A stretch of DNA of 29,288 bases, from assembly GCA_964401285.1 (NCBI GenBank), contig CAYNXY010000008.1, forward strand, positions 1-29,288. Reading direction: 5' to 3'. The translations under genes were made by a program, and so were the position numbers. The stretch comes from an uncultured Candidatus Saccharibacteria bacterium. Lineage in GTDB: Bacteria; Patescibacteriota; Minisyncoccia; Minisyncoccales; CAYTKG01. Below the pieces are notes generated by a model, which was not told the DNA's origin, did no database searches, and saw only the letters and a list, made by a program, of their open reading frames with translations. The stretch's first letter is position 1, and each line of letters starts with the position of its first letter. Of the stretch, positions 17,120-24,147 are shown piece by piece.

Positions 17120-18796
17120 TTATTTACATTTTTCCCATCCGTAGCTTTCAGCGATTGCGTTTGCGTTTTCTACTATCTGGTTTTGAAGCGAACCGTGAGG
17201 GGCGCCCCAGTAACTGATAACCGCTGCTACCTCGTCGCTGCATTTTTGGCTGTCCGCCCCACCCCTGTATTTTAAATGGAGCCCGGCAACAAAAAAGGCC
17301 TCTTGATATTCCCAGGGGGAGATTATGTCCCCCGTTCCGTAGCCGGCATAATCTATCATGTACTGCCGCACCGTTTCTTTAAGCCACACCCAGGTGGCGG
17401 GCATAGCTTGAGCCGGCCCCATTGCTCCTCCGCAGTGCTGGACGTCGGCGTAAATGCCGGAACCGGAAACGGGAATGGTTTCTATTGTGTATTGGGGGTA
17501 AAGACCTTTTACCTCTTCCCAGATGTTTTCAAATGTGTCCTGGTCGTAGCAAAAAGCATCAGGGTAATTTCCGTTGCCGGCAAACTTATTCAGCCCTGAC
17601 TCATGGTTTAAAAGCGCAAGTATCAGAGCGGCCCTGACTCCGGTTGCTTCTTCTGCCATTTTAGCTATGTTTTTTAACTCATTCATACTGGCTGAGGGAG
17701 CGACTGGTTCGTAGGGCGGCTTGACTCGGTCGTAAGCAAATGTTTTTGGTTTTTCGTAACTCCATATTTCTTTAACGTTTTTATCTTCAATCCCGGCAAA
17801 CGTTTGGTAATTGAGAGGAGCGTTCATGGTGTCTCTTATTAAGGCCTCTGCTACTTCTTCATTCTTTTTAGCTCCTTCCAGGCGGGCCTTAGCGTAGGCA
17901 AGCTCTCTTGTTTCTTCTCTTGCTTCTTTTATGAGGAACTGGAGCAAGGATTGAGTGGAGGTTATCGCCTCCCGTAGATTGGGAGGGGTGCCGACCCCTT
18001 GGGCGGCACAAAGGTTGCCTATTTCGATATTACAAGGGTCTACCTCTTCTTCACAAAAATCCTCCGCAGGTTGACACCCGCTGTCAGGGTTTTCACAGTC
18101 ATGTGTACACCTTAGTTTTTCCCCCTCGCAGTCCGCTTCTGCGGCGCAGTCGCAGGTGTTTACGAGAATTTGCAGACATTCTGCCACCTGAGGGATGCTT
18201 ACCTCTTCACTCTCCACAGAGGTTATTTCCCAAACATCGGTTGACTCCTTGAAAGTAAGTTCTCCCCAATCTTTGGTGTTTTGGACAAGCCCGGTCATGG
18301 GGATTTCTACGTAAGTGTCTTTTTCCACTTCCATCTCTTCGTAAGCCGGGATGTCTCCACCGGTTATTTCGCCCGGACTTTCCATCTCAAAGACAAGAAG
18401 GTTGGGGTCCAAAACTTGAAGAATGATATAGGTGGAAAGAATAATACCTACCCCCATCAGCCCGGCTGATATTTTATCAAGGGCAGTTTTGGCCTGGACG
18501 GCCGAAGTGGTCACCCCCGATATGAGATAAGTGACTCCCCCCGAAACTAAAGCGTAAAAACAGGCGAGGCCGGTGGTAAAAATTAAGAGGTGGTAAACGT
18601 ATTTTAAGTAAAGAGGAAGGGCCTGTTTTCTTTCATACTCTCCCGAATTTATTTTTTCCATAAAGATCTGCGGGGGCTCTGCACCCGGAACATTGGGGTA
18701 GAGAATTTCTATTTCTGCAGCAAGGGTGGCGCTGCCCCTAAAAAGAAAAGACAACGCGAGAATCAATAAAATTATCTTTTTTGTTTTTCTTTTCAT
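17120..18796 (-). CDS. Secreted fusion protein: VirB2/TrbC-like pilin module at the N-terminus and a VirB1-like lytic transglycosylase (SLT) domain at the C-terminus
   Basis: Signal peptide, then AEIEILYPNVPG...LPLYLKYVYHLLIFTTGLACFYALVSGG...GLMGVGIILSTYIILQVLDPNL. C-terminal LLNHESGLN...GGAMGPAQAMPATW resembles the SLT catalytic ES and GLMQ(I/L)MP motifs. Confidence 0.55.
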   Translation of the reverse strand: MKRKTKKIILLILALSFLFRGSATLAAEIEILYPNVPGAEPPQIFMEKINSGEYERKQALPLYLKYVYHLLIFTTGLACFYALVSGGVTYLISGVTTSAVQAKTALDKISAGLMGVGIILSTYIILQVLDPNLLVFEMESPGEITGGDIPAYEEMEVEKDTYVEIPMTGLVQNTKDWGELTFKESTDVWEITSVESEEVSIPQVAECLQILVNTCDCAAEADCEGEKLRCTHDCENPDSGCQPAEDFCEEEVDPCNIEIGNLCAAQGVGTPPNLREAITSTQSLLQFLIKEAREETRELAYAKARLEGAKKNEEVAEALIRDTMNAPLNYQTFAGIEDKNVKEIWSYEKPKTFAYDRVKPPYEPVAPSASMNELKNIAKMAEEATGVRAALILALLNHESGLNKFAGNGNYPDAFCYDQDTFENIWEEVKGLYPQYTIETIPVSGSGIYADVQHCGGAMGPAQAMPATWVWLKETVRQYMIDYAGYGTGDIISPWEYQEAFFVAGLHLKYRGGADSQKCSDEVAAVISYWGAPHGSLQNQIVENANAIAESYGWEKCK

Positions 18797-18817
18797 TTTT
18801 TATTTATCGGCTTGGAT

Positions 18818-19243
18818 TTAAGAAGCAGTTTCAGCTGTAGTTTCAGCGGCGGTTTCGGCTGCGGATTCAGCGCTTGAAACACTCGCTTTCCCTCTTCCTT
18901 TAAATATGTGGGGGAAAAGAAAGCTCAGAGTAAGCACTAACCAACCGGGGAGAAAATCAATCCCGATTATAATTTCACAGACAAAAGAAATTATGATGGT
19001 AATCGCCTGCCCCCAGCTTTTAAAAAGAGTTTTAAAAGAAAACCCTTCAAACGCTAACTGAAGGAAAAGAATAAGTGCTGCTCTTAAGAGGTCAAGGATT
19101 AAAAGTGCTATCAGGCCGACCCCGGTAAGCCCTATCCAGTTAACTACTAAGTCCAGAGCATCGAACCCAACCCCTAAAGTAAGAAGCATAAACTGGTAAA
19201 CTCCCCCCGCCCCGTTATTATTGTTCCCAGAGGGACTCATCAA
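18818..19243 (-). CDS. Small polytopic membrane protein with 3-4 TM helices and a C-terminal (A/T)ETA repeat tail. It is translationally coupled to the VirB4 gene by a 4-nt overlap.
   Basis: Hydrophobic segments LLTLGVGF, GLTGVGLIALLILDLL, ITIIISFVCEIIIGIDFLPGWLVLTLSFLF. Tail SAESAAETAAETTAETAS. Confidence 0.45.
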   Translation of the reverse strand: MMSPSGNNNNGAGGVYQFMLLTLGVGFDALDLVVNWIGLTGVGLIALLILDLLRAALILFLQLAFEGFSFKTLFKSWGQAITIIISFVCEIIIGIDFLPGWLVLTLSFLFPHIFKGRGKASVSSAESAAETAAETTAETAS

Positions 19244-21045
19244 AGATTTTTCTTTAAACTTTTTTTAGATCTTTTTATTTTTGCCACCTCTTCCGGTGAA
19301 CTTGTTATAATTTGATTTTCAGTGTAGGAGGCAACCACACTCATCGCAACATGCTTATTGCCTGCGAAAAAGAGTGTTTCCCCTACGCTTGCCTCAAGAA
19401 GCCGCATTTTTTCTTCTTCAGTGAGATTAAAAGTTTTTTGTACGACATCTATAGCGGAGGGGCTTTGTTTCATTAAAATTTGGAGAGCGGAGTTGGCAAC
19501 AATAGGTTTGCCGTATTCGGAGCGCATAAAGTCGCTTACGTCTTGAGTGATGGTGGTAACGCCCAGCCAGTATTTTCTTGCTCTTTTTACCAACCCATAA
19601 AGGAAAGAGGCACCATCTTCGGTGCGCATCATCCACCAGGCCTCATCTATCACTAGAATTCTTTTCTTGAGCTCTGTCCTTATCTGGTTCCAGATATAGC
19701 GCATAATGATAAACATTGCCAGTTGTTTTAATTCTTCCTCCATGTCCCGGATTCCAAAGACAACCAGGTTGTTACCCAGGTCCAGATTAGAGGGCTGGTT
19801 AAAAAATTCGGAGTAGGTGCCTTTTGTGTATTTGCGCAGGCGGCGCACCAAGCTTTCTGCCCCTTCCATTGTTTCCAGAACGGACTCCAGGTCCGAAAGA
19901 AGAGGGGTGTTTTCCTGCCAGGTGCTCGGGTCGCTTTCGGGAGTTATATCGCGCGCGGCGTAAGTGGCTGTTAAGGCCTGGTCAATAATTGCGTCTTCTT
20001 CCGGGCTGAGCCCGCCCAGCATGATTCTCATAAGGCCTACCAGGTTTATAATATTGGAGCGCAAAACGTTTTCGGGGTTTTCGTCTTCCCTTGGAGTAGG
20101 AAGGTCAAAGGGGTTCATGTGGTGAGGGGAGGTAAGGGAGATGTTTAAAAAGGAGCCGCCGGTAGCATCAGCCAGAAACTCGTATTCGTTTTCCGGGTCA
20201 ACAACTATTACGTCAACCCCGGTCATCATAGATCTTAAAATTTCCAGCTTGGCAAGAAATGATTTCCCGCAGCCCGAGGTGCCGAAAAAGACCTGGTTAT
20301 AGCTTTCCAGGGAGAACCGGTCAAAAAGAATAAGAGAGTTGTTGTGCTGATTAATTCCGTAAAGAATTCCTTTATTAGAGCTTAAGTCAAAGGAAATAAA
20401 GGGGAAAACGCTTGAAAGGGGAGCAGTATTCATCGGGGTGTGGACTAAAAGTTTGTCCAATCCGTAGGGAGAGGTGCTTAAAAACCCGTCTCCCTGCTGC
20501 CAGGTGGCCGGTTTTATGTATATGAGGCGGCTTTCCAAAATGGAGCGGAGAGTGGTTTCTATTTCCCTCATTTTATCCAGTTCGTCCGAATAGATGGTAA
20601 GATAAAGCCCGAAACTGAACATCTTGTCTGTCCCCGTTTGGAGGCGGTCTCTAAGCTGCTCCATGTTTTGATAGGCGAACTCGAGCTGGGGGGAGCGGAT
20701 GCGGCCTTGTTCCTGTCTTTCCATCATTTCTGCTTTCGTGGCGGTTATTCTTTTTCTAAGCTCTTTAAGTGTTTCGCTGGTGTCTGTGGGGTGAATGAAA
20801 AAAGAAATATCCATCGGGACGTCAAGATTGATGATAGGGGAGAACCAACCGGTGGTAAGATAGCGGGGGTAGGAAAAGATGAAAAAGGTTTTAGCATATC
20901 TTTCCCCAAGCTGGATGTGGTCTCCATTCAAGCGAAGAGAAGGGGGGGCCACAAAGTCACGCACATCAAGGACTTGTGATTCGGGCACCTTCATCTTTTC
21001 CCCGCTGATCTTCTTTTTTATTTTTTCAAAAATAGATGTTGCCAT
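19240..21045 (-). CDS. virB4: VirB4/TrbE/CagE-family secretion ATPase, C-terminal 601-aa part
   Basis: Walker A GTSGCGKS. Walker B ILVIDEAWWMM, the family-specific DEAW. CagE/TrbE-type region DVRDFVAPPSLRL...GERYAKTFFIFSYPRYLTTGWF. C-terminal motif LGVTTITQDVSDF. Confidence 0.8.
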   Translation of the reverse strand: MATSIFEKIKKKISGEKMKVPESQVLDVRDFVAPPSLRLNGDHIQLGERYAKTFFIFSYPRYLTTGWFSPIINLDVPMDISFFIHPTDTSETLKELRKRITATKAEMMERQEQGRIRSPQLEFAYQNMEQLRDRLQTGTDKMFSFGLYLTIYSDELDKMREIETTLRSILESRLIYIKPATWQQGDGFLSTSPYGLDKLLVHTPMNTAPLSSVFPFISFDLSSNKGILYGINQHNNSLILFDRFSLESYNQVFFGTSGCGKSFLAKLEILRSMMTGVDVIVVDPENEYEFLADATGGSFLNISLTSPHHMNPFDLPTPREDENPENVLRSNIINLVGLMRIMLGGLSPEEDAIIDQALTATYAARDITPESDPSTWQENTPLLSDLESVLETMEGAESLVRRLRKYTKGTYSEFFNQPSNLDLGNNLVVFGIRDMEEELKQLAMFIIMRYIWNQIRTELKKRILVIDEAWWMMRTEDGASFLYGLVKRARKYWLGVTTITQDVSDFMRSEYGKPIVANSALQILMKQSPSAIDVVQKTFNLTEEEKMRLLEASVGETLFFAGNKHVAMSVVASYTENQIITSSPEEVAKIKRSKKSLKKNL

Positions 21046-21051
21046 ATGAGT

Positions 21052-21687
21052 TTATTGAATTAATTCCGGCGGTACTACCGGGTAATATCCGACCTCCGCT
21101 TCTCTGGGGTGGTGCAGGGTCCAAAAAAGTTCAATAATCTCCGAGCTTCGAAGCGGAACGCTTTGTAATCCGCAGTTTCTAAGCCCCATCGCTACAAACT
21201 CCATTCTTTGCCAGAGCTGATTTTTACATCTTTGAAAAGTATTTTCAGTAAGCTGAGGAGCATTCGCCTTTTTAAGAGAAAATTTATTTCCCTTTTCGCC
21301 TTTTGTTTCCCACAACGTGAAAGGGACCACCACAAAGAATTTTTTAGACATAATGTTTCCTTGGGTCAGAAGCTCCTTAATAAAGCTGCGATATTCTCTT
21401 GTTTGAATTCTAAGCAGCTCTTCTTCCTGTTCTTTTTCTAGTTCCTCCAATTTTTCTAAATAGCCGGTGAGGTTGAGACGGCGGGACTGAACAACGATTT
21501 GGCAGGAAAAATCAAGCGTGTTTAAAAAACCTTGAAAGCGCTGGACTATTGCCTGCTGTTCATCCCGTGATTTAAGAGAAAAGTTAATGGAGGAAACCAT
21601 AAGTATTCCTCGCAAGGCCTTGCTTTTGAGCACGATTACCCCTTCTCTTATTTGTTCTATGGGTAGAAAACCCTGTGTGCTTGGCAT
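21052..21687 (-). CDS. N-terminal domain of the VirB4-family ATPase, 211 aa. It is in the same frame as 19240-21045 and separated from it by a single TAA.
   Basis: LPIEQIREGVIVLKSKALRGILMVSSINFSLKSRDEQQAIVQRFQGFLNTLDFSCQIVVQSRRL fits the VirB4 N-terminal pattern. The two ORFs together give 815 aa, with the Walker A about 470 aa from the start, as in full-length VirB4. Confidence 0.6.
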   Translation of the reverse strand: MPSTQGFLPIEQIREGVIVLKSKALRGILMVSSINFSLKSRDEQQAIVQRFQGFLNTLDFSCQIVVQSRRLNLTGYLEKLEELEKEQEEELLRIQTREYRSFIKELLTQGNIMSKKFFVVVPFTLWETKGEKGNKFSLKKANAPQLTENTFQRCKNQLWQRMEFVAMGLRNCGLQSVPLRSSEIIELFWTLHHPREAEVGYYPVVPPELIQ

Positions 21688-21757
21688 AATAGTTCTATTC
21701 GTTAGCTATGTGTTTAAAACAAGTGCAGTAAATTGAATTAATGTTTTCTTCGGACAA

Positions 21758-22177
21758 TTATGATTCTTCTCTGTATGTGTCAAGGCGCGAGGAAAGGTTT
21801 TCCAATCTGCTTTTTCGGGTGACGGGTGATGTTTCTTCTTTTTCCTCCGGCTCTTTCATTTTCGGGGGAGAATATGTTTGGGAAATTACTGCTTTTTTCT
21901 TCCACAAATATTGGCGTCCACCTAAAAGGTGGCTGATGAAGTTTACTACAACTTTTGCCAAAGAAAGCCCCTGGTATTTCCCAAAGGCAAGAGCCACGCT
22001 GGCCCCCATTATTATTAAACTTAAAAAAAGGAATACGATAATATGTTCAGGAACGAGAAGAAAATAAAGAACAGCACAAATCCCTACTCCTGCTCCCGCA
22101 AAAAGAACTTGGCGGAAGCTCATGGGCCCCAGTATTTTTATCTCCCTTTTTATAAATTGGGGGACGAGATATCTCAT
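21758..22177 (-). CDS. VirB3/PrgI-like small two-TM protein
   Basis: 139 aa, two hydrophobic helices (VLFAGAGVGICAVLYFLLV; IVFLFLSLIIMGASVALAF) after a short basic N-terminus. It lies directly upstream of the VirB4 gene. No specific motif beyond architecture and position. Confidence 0.4.
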   Translation of the reverse strand: MRYLVPQFIKREIKILGPMSFRQVLFAGAGVGICAVLYFLLVPEHIIVFLFLSLIIMGASVALAFGKYQGLSLAKVVVNFISHLLGGRQYLWKKKAVISQTYSPPKMKEPEEKEETSPVTRKSRLENLSSRLDTYREES

Positions 22178-22599
22178 TCTTCAATTGGCTCTCTGTATTG
22201 ATCTTTACCTTTAGGTGTTTTTTTAACGGCTTTTTCTTCTGCTCCATTCTTTCCTGCCTCATCTTTTTCCGCTTCTACCTTTTCTTGATAAAGGTTTTCC
22301 AGAGTGTCTTTTACTCTAGAGAAGACAAAACGATTCATAATTTGGGATATTCTCTCCGCGCTTTTTTCTTCAATCCTTCCATCTTTAATTAAAGCTTCCT
22401 TAAACTTTGAAGGGGCAAGCAAGCCGACTAGCACCTCGCCCATTAAGGATACAAGAGCAGAATGTTCTTTATCGTTTAATTCTTCTTGGGCTGAAACCCT
22501 TTCAATGGTATCAATGGTTCTATCTGCTTCCATTGCCTCCTTTAATTCTTGAGGAGCGCTTCTGTAAAGCTGTAAAAATTGTTTATCTGAAACTTTCAT
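22174..22599 (-). CDS. Hypothetical soluble acidic protein, first gene of the minus-strand operon, with a 4-nt overlap onto the VirB3-like gene
   Basis: 141-aa ORF with no TM helices and a K/E-rich C-terminus. Coding-like codon structure. No domain recognised. Confidence 0.45.
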   Translation of the reverse strand: MKVSDKQFLQLYRSAPQELKEAMEADRTIDTIERVSAQEELNDKEHSALVSLMGEVLVGLLAPSKFKEALIKDGRIEEKSAERISQIMNRFVFSRVKDTLENLYQEKVEAEKDEAGKNGAEEKAVKKTPKGKDQYREPIEE

Positions 22600-22750
22600 T
22601 GTTTGAATAGTTTATCTTTAGGTATTTTAACATAAAAAGGATTAGGAGAAAATTATTTTGTTACTTTATTGTTTAAGGGGCTGCCGAAAGGGGTAAGTTG
22701 AGGTTTTCTAAGGTCTACTTAGCGACCATGGGAAGAGAAGGAATTAATTA

Positions 22751-22779
22751 TTGACGAAAAGGGAGAAATATGGTATTAT
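22751..22779 (+). promoter_or_regulatory. Near-consensus sigma70 promoter: TTGACG, 17-nt spacer, TGgTATTAT extended -10
   Basis: -35 at 22751-22756. -10 TATTAT at 22774-22779 with TG at 22771-22772. RBS AGGAG at 22806-22810, 7 nt before the ATG at 22818. Confidence 0.65.
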
Positions 22780-22817
22780 TTAGACAGTTGGTTGTCAATC
22801 AAAAAAGGAGAAAAGAG

Positions 22818-24056
22818 ATGAAAAAACTGTTTGTCAGTGGAGGCAACTTTATTGTTGCCCTCCTTCTAGGGGCGGTGCTCTCCCTGTTAAACTTTGTAGC
22901 AGGGAGTGTGCTCGTAAGTGTTGTTGTGTGGATAATGGGTGGTTTTTCAAGGATTCTTGATTTCTTGCCCTGGGTGGCGGTTATCTCCGCTTTTATAGGG
23001 TGTTTTACATCCTTTCGTTCTGTTTTTAAAAAAGAACGATGGGCGTTTATTCTGACACCCCTAGTAGTGTTCGGGGGGGGCAGGATGTTTGGATTTTTAC
23101 CTCAGTTTTCTTTATTAGGAGGAGTGAAAATGTCTCAACTAGCAGTAAGATTAGTAAGGTGGATTTTATTTGTCACTGTTGTTGGGCTGCCGGTGATGAT
23201 TGTGCTGACGGCCTTGATTTTTCTTCTCACCTGGCTTCTTTTTGGCAAGGAGTTTGCTCAAGATCTTTTGACTCTCCCGCTCTTTTATTGGGCGAAAAGG
23301 TGGGCTAAAAAGAAAAAACTGTTTGTCTCTATTCCGGAAGGGTTTGCAGTGCTTGTAGTCGAGGGTGGCGAGTATGTTAAAACTCTTGTCCAGTGGGAAG
23401 GATGGACCACAGACAGCGAAGGGAACATTATTTCTGGAGAAGAACCTGAGTTCTTAGGTGGACTATTTGACCTGGGGGGAATCAGGTGGCTAGGGTTAAA
23501 AGGTCAGGTTTACAGTTTCCATTTCCGCTATCATTCAATCCGGGAAGATGGAACTGCAGTTGAACACGATGAAGATTTCGAACAAGTCATGCTTAAAACC
23601 CACCCTCCTTATCTTTTCGCAGCAAGAGATGTGGAAGATAAGGGAAATGTCCCGGTAGATCTAGAGTTTCCGTTTATCATGAGGGTGTTTAACCCTCGCA
23701 AGTTTGTTTTTGAGGCCCAAGATTCTCTAGAGATTGCTTTTAGTAAGATCGAACCGGTGGTGACTGGATTGGTCGGGCAGTGGGACTGGCAGGACATCCG
23801 GTCTGAAAAGGAAACCTTTGAAACGGAGCTCTGGGAAAAACTGAAGAGCGTCCGGAGCTATTTAAAGGATGAGTTGGGGATTCTTATCCTAGAGATGCCC
23901 CTGCGGCGAATTATCCCGCCGGAGGCCTTTGCTGAAAGCTCAGCGGAAGCGCAGAGAGCTGAGGGTTTAGGCAAGGCAGCCGTTGTCGAGGCCCAGCGAG
24001 CAGGAGAAGCTCGAGCTGGAGCAATCCGTTCGTTCTTAAAAGTTCTTTTTGGCTAA
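22818..24056 (+). CDS. Polytopic membrane protein (about 5 TM) fused to an SPFH/band-7-like domain
   Basis: N-terminal hydrophobic helices. IPEGFAVLVVEGGEYVKTLVQWEG...VPVDLEFPFIMRVFNPRKFVFEAQDSLEIAFSKIEPVVTGLVGQ resembles the SPFH beta-sheet and helix core. Start moved from 22770 to the RBS-preceded ATG at 22818. Confidence 0.5.
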   Translation: MKKLFVSGGNFIVALLLGAVLSLLNFVAGSVLVSVVVWIMGGFSRILDFLPWVAVISAFIGCFTSFRSVFKKERWAFILTPLVVFGGGRMFGFLPQFSLLGGVKMSQLAVRLVRWILFVTVVGLPVMIVLTALIFLLTWLLFGKEFAQDLLTLPLFYWAKRWAKKKKLFVSIPEGFAVLVVEGGEYVKTLVQWEGWTTDSEGNIISGEEPEFLGGLFDLGGIRWLGLKGQVYSFHFRYHSIREDGTAVEHDEDFEQVMLKTHPPYLFAARDVEDKGNVPVDLEFPFIMRVFNPRKFVFEAQDSLEIAFSKIEPVVTGLVGQWDWQDIRSEKETFETELWEKLKSVRSYLKDELGILILEMPLRRIIPPEAFAESSAEAQRAEGLGKAAVVEAQRAGEARAGAIRSFLKVLFG

Positions 24057-24070
24057 CTATTTCCAAAAAG

Positions 24071-24102
24071 AAAAAAGAGCTGTCAAGTGACAGCTCTTTT
24101 TA
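24071..24102. terminator. Bidirectional rho-independent terminator: AGAGCTGTCA-agt-TGACAGCTCT with A and T flanks
   Basis: 10-bp perfect stem 24076-24085 with 24089-24098. T-run on the plus strand and A-run on the 5' side. The hairpin lies between the convergent SPFH gene and the VirB6-like gene. Confidence 0.8.
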
Positions 24103-24147
24103 ATTTACTTTATACATGTTATAAGCCCTCTTTTCTTGTTTTTTGCT

